Assembly (NCBI GenBank): GCA_964035545.1
Contig: OZ037769.1
Span: forward strand, 13,422,633 to 13,486,632
Direction of reading: 5' to 3'
Origin: Bugula neritina
Taxonomy: Eukaryota > Animalia > Bryozoa
Length of the DNA: 64,000 nucleotides
Below are positions 33,201-46,282 of the stretch, piece by piece. The notes below the pieces were generated by a model, which saw nothing but the letters and a program-made list of their open reading frames with translations, was not told the DNA's origin and did not search any database. Positions within the stretch are counted from its first letter, which is position 1. Each line of letters opens with the position of its first letter. Both the position numbers and the translations under genes were made by a program.

Positions 33201-36200
33201 TATAACTTCTTCATTCTTTAGAGAAATTTTTTAAATTTAATTAGCATTATAATATTTAATTGTTTCATAATTTATTCTATAACTACATACAAATGATAGC
33301 TTATAGCTAAAATAAGCATAGTATTACATTTTACTTAAAAACACAACAATTTGCCATCACAAAATGATTATTTTTTCTTTCATAATATTTGAAGTGTATG
33401 GACAACATATCAGGGTTGGGGTAATTGTAATTTGTAATTGTAGTTGGTTGTAATTAATTACATTTTTTAAGTAATTGGATGTAATTTTTAATTTATGTAT
33501 ACAGATTTAATTGTAACTGTAATTAATTACAAATCTAATGTAATTGATTTTTACAATTACTTTATAATTACATGTCAATTACTTCAAACTTTTAAACCCT
33601 AAAAATTTCACACTTTTCCTACCTTGTCTACTGTTAAATAAAAAGTTCAGATTAATTCAATGTGGTAGAGTATCACTGTTGAGAACAAAGGAAGTCAAAA
33701 TTGCCCCTGGATCCTATGGAAGTGAAAATGCTAACTTCTACTTATCCCTTGTGAGAACAAAAGTAATTGTAATTGTAATTAATTACATCAGCGTGTAACT
33801 TTAATTGTAAATAATTACATTACTTCTTAACTGTAATTATAATTGTAGCCTAGTTGTAATTGACAAATCTCCATGTAATTGTAATTGTAATTAATTACAT
33901 TCACATGTAATAGACCCCAACCCTGCAACATACAATCATATATATAATCATTTTCTGCCCCTTTATACTTGTACTAATACTAGCTAGTCACCCTCATTAA
34001 GTATTTACACCTTTATAGGCTGCTTAAACAGCAAGTTACTCTTGGCTCAAATGTAAACAGGAAGTGGCAAAACACTACGCTGACCAGCAGCAGTGGAGGC
34101 AGTCATGATCTATAGGGGTCAGAGCCCTAGGTTTTATCTCCAGTAAAGGCCATTAGTGATGTTAGTTTTGCCCATGTGCCACATATGAATAAGTCTATCA
34201 AGAACTCTTGCATGGACTCTTTATAAGCTGATATAAGTTAAATAAAGCAGCTTGACTGGAAGTGGTAAAGATGAGTTACCTTCCTTAGCTGTGATGGAAG
34301 TCAGCTTTGTTGTCTGACTGTTATTTGATGAGTTAGTAGAAGGACTTGTAGCTGTAGTTGTTGTAGGTGTGGTAGCAATAGTAGATGCTGTAATCATATA
34401 GGGGTAGATGTAAATGTGGGAGTAGTGAATAAATTTTACACTGAAATATATGTAAAGGCTTAATAAAACATAATATTTGCATTGCATTAAGTGCCATTTT
34501 ATCAACTATGAAGTTGAAACACGATCTATATTATAATAAGATACTTATAGTTAAATTTTATTTTCTTGCTTACTTAACCATAAATAAACTATCAGTTGTG
34601 TGTAAATACTAATAGGCTGTAAGATTACACTTGATTATATTAAAAGAAAAATCGATCTGAATAATCTTGATAAAATAATTGACAGTCTTTGCATGGCTAG
34701 CAGTAAACCTCTAACACTACTAACCTGCATACTTGAATAAAAACCCTCTATGTTGGCCACTGTTATCAGAATAAAACTGTATAGATATACTAAAACTACT
34801 GGATGCCGTGAACGACCTCCACGTCTGTAGGTAACTGCTTGCGTTCTGGTTTTGGCAGATTTTAGAAGAAGCAGCTCCTGTTATTATGACATAATCATAA
34901 CATCGTGCATATTCTTCCAGATTCAGATCCACAAAGTAAATGTCTACTGTCACAACGTTGGTAAATGTTAGTGTTGAGTTAGTTTTTGATCTGTAATCAA
35001 GTTGACCATAGCCTGAGTGACTAACCACATAGCCTGAGGGCTTACGTCTGGCATCCACCTCTATCGGTTGTGGTGAACTTTCTGCGTCTATTACACTGGC
35101 CACTAAAGAAATATGCTTTTGCACATTAACATGGTGAAAAAATTGCATTGAGCCCATAAATATCAACTCTTATTCCGACCAATAAAAATAAAGCTTTATG
35201 CAGGAAAATTTTATGCCAAAAATATCGCAATTTAATTAAAATTAAAAATCTTATTTTATTGGGTTTTCTATTTGATAACTGTTTTTTTCAAAACTTCTTC
35301 CCTGCTTGTGTGAGAAATATATTTAGATTAGTGAATCTGATTGATTTGGATTATTTTAGTTGCTAGAAAAAATAGTTAGGAGCCTCTCGGGCCCGCATTT
35401 AATTAAAACCAAGTAAAGTATAGTGACTTTATAAGTTTTACTTTAAAATAAATTATATTAGAACTAATTTATATTTAGTTAGATTTGCCAAAATGCTTTA
35501 ACTCCATCTTTTTTTCTTTAAAGCAACAGTCTATCTTTGCACTTTAAAAATAACCGTGTGGCATTGGCCAAAGTAGCATAAGATTGAAATGTTTAATCAA
35601 TTGTAATATAAAATGAATAGTTCATTTTGGCATACCTTTTAATTAAAATAACGCTAGTATCCATATTACTGTTTTTTATTATTATTCCGAAATTGGTATA
35701 AAGCAATTTCATGAAAATAAAGTGAGCTAATTCATTGGTCAGCCCCATTAGGCTACGCCTAGAGAATCAGAAAGCGCCCTAAGTAGTCACAGTGCAAATA
35801 TTTGGACCTAGTGGTTTTGTGCAATGCAATGCAATTTGGTCTAATTAAATTTTCGACTGAAAATTGTGAAGGTATAAACGAAACTTTGGGCTTTACTAGA
35901 AATAGTTCTGCTCAAGTCTAGCATATGCCTTGCTTGATGTTACTGCTTCATACTCACCTCTATAGGTGATATTAAACCTATCAGCAATTCTCATGTAGTC
36001 CGAATAAAAGTGCACATCTAGTGACGTCTTTCTTCTCAAGTAAACGGATGTATTGTTCTGTGGGGCCGGGTCACAAATGCTGGTATTTGAACCATCTACC
36101 TCAATATAGGAATTCCCAGTTTTACAGTTGGAAACTCCACTTACACAATCATACATGTATTGGCAAGACAGAGTGAATGTTTCCACTTTGAGTTCGAACC

Positions 36201-37214
36201 AGGAATATTCTGGAATACCAGTAAGTGTCAGCGTGCAGTTGACTTTCTGTGCTGACTGAATTTGTGGACTGATTATGCTACCTTCAGTACCGGCTTCAAC
36301 CACCTGTGGTGATGTGTCACACATTGTATATGAAGCACCTGAAATCAAACATCGCGTGGGAGTCTTAATAAGACAAAGAGGGATTAGAAATATCAAAGGT
36401 ATCTATATGACACAGCTGACAAATAAAAAGTATACATTATAAACCATGTCAGTCATTTTACCATATTACGGTACAGCAGAGATAGAGAAGCTTCAATTGC
36501 TTGAGTCGTTTAATTAACTCTATGAATTTTGATTTTGGAGATCAGACTGAAGTTCTATGGAGAACATTACTTCTTTTAGTTATTTATATCATCCAAAACA
36601 CAGGCTTTTCCGCAACTTTTTAGACACTAATTAGACTACAATTTTCACTATATGCATCTAACTCAAAGTGTTACATGACATTGTCTTCTCATGTAGAAGT
36701 AACTTGTAACGTCAAAACCTGTTTTTTGAAAACACATAAATTAAATGCCTGCATGACCAAAGAGAAAAGAATTGCAACTTCTTATTAAATCTTTAAATAA
36801 CCACTTTTTTATAATGCATACATGCAAATTAGAAACACAATAGATAAGAAGCATGCAGACATTTATAAAACTTTTGCCCCCACTGAGATTTGAACCCGGG
36901 AAACTCTGGCTTGCAAGCAGGTATAATACTACCTTTACACCACAGGGACAGCTGGGTAAACTCAACACTACACATTCTTCTGGCAAAAAAGTTGCTCTAT
37001 TCATACACACTGCTTTAATTAAAGCTGAGTTATGAAATAGCAGAAATACAAATAATATATTTAAGATTATGTAATAAAACTAATATATCACTTGCTCAAC
37101 AAAATGCAGCTAACATATAAGAGTATCGTACATACCATTAACATAGCACTTCATTATATCCAGGACAAAGATGAAGACGATGGCAATCCTGTATGTGTTT
37201 TTGTATTCAGTCAT
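30244..37214 (-). CDS. CUB-domain type-I membrane receptor paralog B (SP-CUB-CUB-mucin-TM-ITIM tail), ~501 aa
   Basis: Exons 37214-37136 (SP MTEYKNTYRIAIVFIFVLDIMKCYVN), 36338-35958 (CUB1), 35102-34725 (CUB2), 34387-34280 (stalk), 32795-32669 (TM), 31694-31660, 31128-30958 (GYCAM, VEYCTI), 30470-30244 (YNRV, VYEIP, YYVP, AYENN, TAA). Total 1506 nt, phases consistent. Confidence 0.87.
33411..33925. mobile_element. hAT-type MITE with GTAATT internal repeats, in a gene B intron
   Basis: TIRs CAGGGTTGGGGT / ACCCCAACCCTG; TSD CAACATAT / CAACATAC. Empty site CAACATAC in gene C at ~11898. Confidence 0.85.
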
Positions 37215-39931
37215 TGTGCTATTTTGAAAATACCCTAAAACACCAAATTACGCAAATCAACTACTTTGATACAAAGAGCTTTATCAGAATATCTACGGTA
37301 AAGAGAAGGAAAGGGAGGGGGGAGGGGTTGGCAACCAGAGTAGAAATCTTACTTTTGCAAAACTGAAAGTGCAGCTTTTTTGTCATTCCTATTCTAGTTT
37401 ATTTATGTAACGAATTTAGCAATCTCTCAATCAATAATTCCTAAATGCTGAAATGCTTTTACAGCTATTGTGCTGCGATGGCCACATTCTGACAATAGAA
37501 TTTTCATTTTGACTTGAGCTTTCATAGAAAGCCTGCATCATTAACTTGTGAACCAAAAGCCTAAAATTTTGTTATTTATGTAAAGTTCGTAATACAAAAT
37601 TTACAAAATCTTTCAGCAAAATAATAAAATCATATAGGCGTATAGCATGATATAGAATAAAATTTTAGCGTCCCACCTTTGACTCCTTGCGCTTCTTTTA
37701 TTCAACACAGAAGATTAAATGCAGTTTTTTATTAAGTTTTGCTACATCAGTTCCTCTTAGCGTAAGTGTGTAACTAGGTCCATATGTTATCCGGCAGCAA
37801 TAGGTAAGCAGCATAGCCTAGTTGAATCAATAGAAGGAACTAGTTTCTCAACTTCCTTTGTGCTTGCAAAGAAATAGTCCGGTGTAAATTTGTATTAGTC
37901 TGAATTATAATAGAATGGAATTTCCACATTGAATAGAATTACTAGTTAACGTATTATTAACCAATAACCTATTTGTTTAAACTCATGTGAGTTTATAGTC
38001 ATCATATTCTATAATCAATAATGTTCTAATAAGCAGGACTTTTTAGTGGGCTAATGGACTTGTTTTCATGGTGGCAAAAGAGTATCTATCATTAAATGTT
38101 TTTGCTAACAGCACCTATGGCTTTACAGAGATTCAACTACTAATTTTGTGTCTACTTTAAGCCAGTACTCTAACTCCTAGATCACCTGCTCCCCTAGTCC
38201 CTAATGGCCTCAACCGATAAAATAATGTGAAATAAGACAACTAATAATAAACTGTTGGAAACTCCAAAGTTGATCTCTATGCTAATAATATGAAATACTT
38301 TACTTTGCACAAAATGCTAGTTGCTGGCTTTGCTTCATTTACTTTGAAATATGTCGTTTGTCAACAAGAGATAACTTATAATTTGCACCAAGTATAATAT
38401 AGTGTGTCCCATGACAGTGCATTTTATTTTTAACTCATAGATATTATATGTCATAGCAAATCGATATGTGCAGTCTGTAAAAACAGCTAATTCCATGATT
38501 TCAAATCCATTTGAAGGATTAGGGAAGACAACTTCTAATAACACTAAAATAATATGATCAGTACAAAAATTTGCCTCCAACAACTAAAAATTGATGTCGT
38601 ATTTTAAAAAAAAATCTGGGTAAAAAAATGAATAATTAAATATTTTTTGGACATACAAAAAAGTAGTTGTAGTTTGATTATTCAGCTGTAATGCAAAGAC
38701 TTGGGTAGCAAATTTTAAAAGTTTACAGAGCTAAAGGCTGCAGTTGGTTGCCGATTTTTTTCAATGTGATTTATTCAGATATTTTCTGAAAACTTTAAAG
38801 TATAAAAAAACTTAAAACAATTAATTGAAGTGGGCATTTTTAATAGTTTTGTTATTCAGTGTTGACACTGTGTTGCAAAATACATAATATATTTATATGC
38901 TGAAAATACATGGGAATAAATCTTGAACAAGCCAATAATTTAGCAGTAGGAGTTATGTTTTCTTGTTATCAGACTGTATTATAAAAATTGTCGTAGATTC
39001 ATACCAGTAACTGAAAGCAAACATAAACACTAGAATAACTAGATAAATACCAACATTTTTCTTACCAACACATTAATTTATTTGTTTTCAGTATACAAAA
39101 TTCAAAATTAGATTGCAACATTAAGGTATATAATTAAAAATATTGAAACCTTTAAGTAAATTAAATTTATAATAGCAAAGATTTGAACGAAGCAAAATAC
39201 AGCAAGCATATGAGATTTAAAAACAAAATAAAAATTTAAACAAATAACTAAAATATAGAACAAGAATGACTAAATTAAAATAGAAAAATATTACGGAGAT
39301 TACATTTGAATGACTATTTTTTTAAAACATGTATTCTGAAAAAATGAAGATGAAAATTGTTAAAGTCAGTTTGCTATTATTGTTATCCAAGTTGGGCATG
39401 TACACACACAAACACCGGTTTTTTTCGTACTATAAATGCTTACTTATTTCCTAATTTTGCTTTCATTAAAAGCTGCTATCACTTCTACTCTGATAGATTA
39501 ACTAACCATTATGAAACATTTAAAGAAGATGTTTTTTAAATGCAAAACATCTTCACGTTAGAAATATCAAATTAGTTTAAAAATAATCTCCTGTCATACT
39601 GCTATAACAAATATTAAATGCAGTGCTTTTACAAAATATTAATTTAATTTTTTATAATAATAAATATTATTACAATTATTACAAACATAGCTTTGACTTA
39701 GTCACCGTGCAGATTGAATTCCATCGACTGATTATGAAAAGTTTTACTTTGTAACAACTTCAACTTAAATTAATGCTAATGGCTTGTTAGACCTACATGT
39801 ATACAACTGCTAAGTTGAGAAACTCAGAGACTAAGATGTCAAAGTCACATTGTCTCTGTTATAGATTATCACAAATCTAAAGGAAAGGGGGTTGGAATTT
39901 GTGAAGGGGAGTTCAAGAGGTGTACACTGTA

Positions 39932-42900
39932 TTAGCTCTCAATGTCGGTGCTGTAAAATAAACAAACAGTGCTATAGTGAATCAACATAACAAAACAAAT
40001 GAGTACTTTTTATAAAAGATAATATCAATTGAAGCACAATTTTTGCGTCCAACTCAGTATTCTACTTAACCTGTACCAGAAGTTCTGAATTAATATTTTA
40101 CATGTTTATTTGTATTGGCTATATATACAAGCAAAGACGACATAATCTATTGTATATCAGATGTAACAATGAAAACGTGCCTAACAAACATTAAATATAT
40201 GCAGACACATGAATTTATTACTGTGTTCCCTTACCTATTTTTTAGTGGAATGTTATGATCCCCTTCCGTTGCTGAGGATTTAGGTGCGAATGTGGTGCTG
40301 AGGCTACCAGGCTGAGGTGAGTCATAGTAAGGGGGTGTGTCATCAGTAGCTACTAGCTTGTAGTCAGCATCTATAGAAGTGAACATAGCAGATGTTAAGG
40401 CAATATGTTACTCTTTTAAACTACTAATAGAACTTAGGAATATAGTTTAGAAACTATTTAGCAATGGTAATATATACATCAACTCGCCTTCCAGCTTGCT
40501 CTCAGTCTAAATATTTAAATTATTCATCTTTGAAAGTGTAATCAAAACAGTTTACATAAACTTTCCATTTTAAGCCTAATTTTCAAATAGTTTTTAAAAA
40601 TGTTATCCGGGGATATAGGAATTGTCTGCTCTTTATTACTGAATATCTGCTTATTATGCAAGCTTTACTCAACTGTATCAAAAGTGTGGTAGCTTAGCTT
40701 TTACAAAAGCATCTCCTAACACTAATTTTATAGAAAACCTTAAGCTTCCTATTGTTTCATACCACTTTGTGCTTACAACTTAAAACCTTCTAGTAAATTC
40801 GAACCAGCGAGTATATAAAGCAATACGAATCTGCAGAAAGTTTTACACTGTCTGTACAGGAAACATAAACCTGTACATAGAGAAAAAGCAGACGTAAAAT
40901 ATCTTACTTGCAAGAGAAGAGGGTCTGCTTGGATCTTCTGGACCGGAGATTTTAGCCTCCTTGTTTACTGAAGACTTTTCACTGTTTGAACTAAAAGCAA
41001 GGAATAAAATTATTTTTTTAAATGTAATTAGTTTAAAAATTTGCCCTCACAACAGACCACAAAATATTTCAAGAAATTCTATAGTTCATCAGTTTCCAAA
41101 GCTAAAGATTTTTTTATTTCGTTACAGATCTTCATACATGATGCAGTATAGTTCAACTTGGGTCATGACATGAAAAAATCTTTAAATATGGTCTAAATAA
41201 GGTTTTCAAAGAGAAGACAACTCCTATAGCTGCTAAAAAGAATTTTATGCACACCTTTTCCTTCTCTTTACCACAACCACAGCAATAATAACGATGAAGA
41301 TAAGCATCATTGCGGCACCTCCAGCCCCCATCACCATGAACAGCTTTTTCTTGTCACCAGAAAAGATGTTTGTCTTCTCTTTCTTTATTTGTTCAGAATT
41401 TTCTGCACCTAAAAGTAAAGGCAAACACATATTGCTAAATTACATATTTTAGTTCTTTAGTCCCAGTTAGTTTTAAGCATTTTCAAATAAATAACTTCAA
41501 TTTTTAATTGAAAATTTAACTAAGAAGTTTTAGTATAACATATAGTATTGTTTACGCATTAAACATTTGATGTTTTGTCAAACATATAAACTATAAACTT
41601 ACTCTCAAAATCTATATACATGACTTTAACATCAATTTCTCCCACCACACCTCTATCTCATGAATAGATTACTCTCTCTTGAGCTCAAACAACTTACCTG
41701 GTAACTCAAAAGAGGCATCTTCTGTTGAGAATGACCTCATGGTGGTTGTGGCAGGAACTTTGACAGCAATTCTGTGAGTTGGCGCGGCAGCAAATAACCG
41801 TCTTACAGTTGACGATACTGGACTTGCTGGCGGAGTGACGGGAGATGTTGGTGGCAAGTTTATCTCTCCGTGAGGCTGCGTGTTCAGAGAGCTAGTTTTG
41901 TCTGTAGATATTGGTGAACCTGAAGCATGTGTAGTTTTTACCGTAGTTGGAGATTTAGTGGTGCTTGCTGTAGTTTGTCTAGCTGTGCTGGTAGTTGGCC
42001 TAGATGTGGTGGTTGTGGTGGTTGTAGTGGATGTAGTGGTTGTGGTGGTTGTTGGTCCAACTGTTGTTTTGGGGGGCTGTGCTGTTGCCATGGTTGTTGT
42101 TGTGGAGCGCATTGTTGTGGTTGGCCTAGCTGTGGTGGTTGTGGTGGAGGTGGTTGTTGGCTGAGCAGTGGTGGGTGGTTGTGTTGTAGTAGTGGGTTCA
42201 GTTGTTGTTACTTGCTTTGTAGTAGGAATATTTTGTGTAGACTGTACAGATGCTGACTGAGTTGTCTGGACAATGTTTCCTTGTGTACCAGTTGTCACAG
42301 CCGGGTACAACACTAAGCAAAACAACAAAAATTTTGTAAGCAACATGTTTCCAGAATGTAATTGTGATTACCAGCTATATTTATGAATGTATGTCAGTGA
42401 AGTGTAACTAAAATAGAGATTAAAGAGCAGTAGACCTGCAAAGTAAATTATTGTCAAAACTTTTTGCTGCGTTTATTGTTTAGATTTAAATGTTACTTGT
42501 GATCCCATTGCAACACATTTTTAAGGAGATAACAGTTTTGAAGTGAGGTTGCATGAAATATAATAAGGCAATATCAATATTCCATTTAAACTTGTTTCAA
42601 CTAAAGACATTTCACACAATTTGATACAAAAACAGTAGACTGCATTTCATCAGTAAAAAGTTAGAAAAATATGAAAGTAAAATTTTGTGTAATGTTATAG
42701 CATTGCAAACAACATCCGATAAGTTAACTTATTTTGAATATCTTACTTCTGTATTGAAATCTGAAGCCATCACTGTGCTGCGTAGAGGAAGTAACAAGCT
42801 GGAAGGAGATTTCCTTGTTGGCAGTTGTGAAGGGCACCCAGTTATCTAAGTAGCGCACTGTAGACTGCATGTCACCACACACTTTGGTCACCTGCTCTCC

Positions 42901-45900
42901 GTGTCGAATGTTCAGGTGATCTAGACAACTGGAGTTGCTAAAATCCAAATCTAACGAATCAAAGAATATTTCTACTGTGTTGGAGTCGAGGTTGGTCAGT
43001 GTGAGAGTGGAGTTGATGCTGCCTCTGTAGAACTCGCTGACGGAATGGTGGCCATATATGTAGTTGGAGTGACTCACGACGAATCCGGAATATTGCCCTT
43101 CTGTGTCAACTGTATGACTCGGGGTCAGCTCGCCGATGTCTATGACACTCGCAACTGCAAAACATTGAGTTGTGTTTTTTTAAATACGAAGCTTTTTAAT
43201 ACGAGTTGTTTTATAAGCAGCACCGAGTTGGGGGTGACTGAGTGCAGTAGTTCAAGGTTTAAATTGGAAGTTTGAACTTCAAACGTGAGAGCCCCAAACT
43301 ACTGCACTCAGTCACCCCCAACTCAGAGCTGCTTATAGAACAATTCTTTTAATACAAGCAGCTGGACAATATGACTAGGACTTATCTGCAGAGTTTACAA
43401 ATTTAACTCTACAGGAGCATGTAAGTTTTCTGCTCATGAATTGATGCTGAATTATTATAACTTTAGTGCATTAAGAGTAAATAAAACGTAAGCTCTGTAT
43501 TTAGCTGCTATATGTTAAAATAACAATTTTTGTTTAATAAAAAGTTACTTTTGTCAACAGCGAATTTTGTCAACAAAAACTAATCTGGAACATTATTTTA
43601 TTTCTAAATTATTCCCTTTAAGATAAACTAAGCAAACCAATACACTATAAACTAACGTAATATAATAAAAACTAATATAATTATAATATAATATAATATA
43701 GTATAAAACAATAGAATATGAAACAACATAATATAATACAATATAATGTAAAACAATATATCATAAATCAATAACATAAAACAGTATAATATTATAACGT
43801 GATATAACATAATATAATATAAGATAGTGAAGTTTCCATCAGTCTCACCTGTATAGGTAAGCATAAATCTGTAAATCTCCGCCCTGTAGTTGTCAGAATA
43901 GAGTCTCACTTTGAGTGAGCCGGCGTAGTTCTTGTAGTGATAGATGTAGGTGGGGGCGGGTTGGCAGAGCTTCACCCCTAACTGATCCACCTGGAGGAAA
44001 GACTCTCCAGTCTTACACCAAGTGCCCCAGCAGCTGTACTGTTGCACGCAGGGCAGGTTCAGGGTGTTGGCTTGCAGCCCAAACCAGGAATTTTCTGGAA
44101 TCCCTGTTAGCTCAAGATAGCAGTCGACAGCTTGGTCAGTTGTGAGGGTGGGGCTAATGATTCTCCCCTCCGAGCTTGCAGCAACTTGAGAGGTACTTGG
44201 GCTACACATGTAACTTGGCCCTAAAACAAGTTAATGTATTTTGTTGCAGGGAACAACACAGATTTGAAAGTGCACATATTGTCTTGGTTTTGCGCTTTGT
44301 TTAGTTATGTTTTAGCGATTGAAAAAAGAGCTACTATACTATATATACAGAGAATAATCTGCTATATATAGCATGATATACTAGATAATATAGTATAATC
44401 TACTCTATTTAGTATAATATACTAGATTGTATATAATGGACTATACACAGCCTAGTATACTTTACACAGTATAATATACATATACACACATGCAGTATAA
44501 TCACCTATACACAGTATATTATACTATACACAGCATATTATATTATACACAGTATATGATACTATACACAGTATATATGATATATATATCATATATACTA
44601 GTAGTATACTACTACATGAACAGTCTCAATTACTACACATATTTTAGAAAATGCTTTAGAATTGACAAGCCATTGAGTAAAGTGGAGATAAGAACAAACA
44701 AATTATTTATACTTGTATATAAAGTAGGGCACAATAAGTGGTTTTGTTGACAAAAGATTAAAGATTTGCTGGTAAAAAATCTTTTACAGAAATGTTTTTG
44801 CTGATGTTTCGTAATATTTGAATGTAAAAGAATATTTTCAACACAACAACAGGTTATTAGGTAACACTTTGTAAGCAGAACCCTAGGTAGATCATTTATC
44901 AGGACACTAAGTCTCTTGTAATACGAGGATATAATTTCACAGTTCATAATTCACATCAGCCCATAATATCGCATTTCTCTTTTTCATAAAGTAGACTAGT
45001 AGGTTTTAAATATTGTCACGCTTAACCAACCATGAGCACATTTTCTAGTATGACAAGTTTCTGTATGACAGTAGGAAGAGGGCTCTCCACCACCTCCCCC
45101 CTCTCTCCATATTATAAACTTGTGTTATAAACTTGTCTATATATGCTGATGGAACTTTAAGCTTGACTTAATTTCGACATGTAAACAACCAAATAGGTTT
45201 AATTAGCGGTTTAATTAAAACGTGTATCGAATTGCACCAAAATGTTGTCATAAACTAACATAGCACTTGTAGGCTTTAATCTAAATAAATAAAAATGCTA
45301 ATCCAAATGTAAATTAAAATGTAACATGTTGAAAATGCAAAATATCTAATTTAATATGTATGCAATTTGGAATAATCTAGAAATTTTATGTCAAGTCACA
45401 ATCAGTTTCTATGGGAGCAAAGGATGTTGCAATTGTTTTATATCTTTTTTTGCAGTAGCGCTATTAAAGCATCAATCAAATCAATTGCCTAATTGCAGTG
45501 GAGATGAGATGTAGATTATAGAACTGAGGAATTACACCAAGTCACTTTCAATTACCACATCAAGTGATGAAATTAACAGGCTTTTTTGCTAAACCAATTA
45601 TTTCTTGGCTTACTTAAGGGAAGATGATTTCACCTACTTAAGTTTTTTCAAACGAAATTTTGCTGAATGGTGTTGGTTTGCTAGTAGAAAATATTGAACA
45701 GAAAAAAAACTGCCCCCCCCCCTTTCCGAAGGATTCATATCTTAAGAGTCAAGTAGTGTGGACTTTATTTACTACTCAATCTTATTTACTTTAAACTTGG
45801 GTATCTTGATTTATACAAACTCAATTTCCTCCTAATATAGGCTTCTTGTTTCATTTTTAAACTTTTGTACAAGCTATGTTTCAGTGTATAAAGAAATAAT

Positions 45901-46282
45901 TTTTGATGAACATATTTATTACAATAATTTAATTAATACTGTTTTTATAGTTCAAGAACAAGTAAAAACATTCATCAGATGCTAATTTCAGGGACCTATC
46001 ATTTTGCCATTGTCATTCGTGAAGGTGGAATCTTTTTAGCAAATGATAAATTGTCATGTTGAGATATTAAAGCTAAATTTATTATTTATGACAGATTTGA
46101 TGGTACTACCACGTTTTGAAAGCATAATATAGGACAGGATATACTTGTATATCTCCAGGACACGTGCGTGTTACTATGTGTCCTGGCGTAGCTAATACTG
46201 CTATATACTTACTAGAGACTGCCTTCACCAATTCCACTACAAACAAGGAGATTAGAAGCTGTTTAAGTAGGTGTCTCAACAT
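39932..46282 (-). CDS. Divergent CUB-domain type-I membrane receptor paralog A (SP-CUB-CUB-long mucin stalk-TM-Tyr tail), ~618 aa
   Basis: Exons 46282-46213 (SP MLRHLLKQLLISLFVVELVKAVS), 44220-43849 (CUB1), 43154-42747 (CUB2), 42312-41698 (205-aa Thr-rich), 41408-41255 (TM ..MMLIFIVIIAVVVV-KRRK), 40990-40908, 40370-40235 (ADYKLV, PYYDSP), 39950-39932. Same exon phases as B/C through the first tail exon; the last exon is least certain. Confidence 0.8.
43206..43343. mobile_element. Fold-back MITE copy in gene A intron 2
   Basis: TATAAGCAGCACCGAGTTGGGGGTGACTGAGTGCAGTAGTT ... AACTACTGCACTCAGTCACCCCCAACTCAGAGCTGCTTATA. Confidence 0.75.

Noticed and set aside
41880-42256. Val-rich and Cys/Gly-rich (metallothionein-like) plus-strand ORFs
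   Set aside because: Antisense shadows of the ACN-rich Thr stalk exon of gene A.
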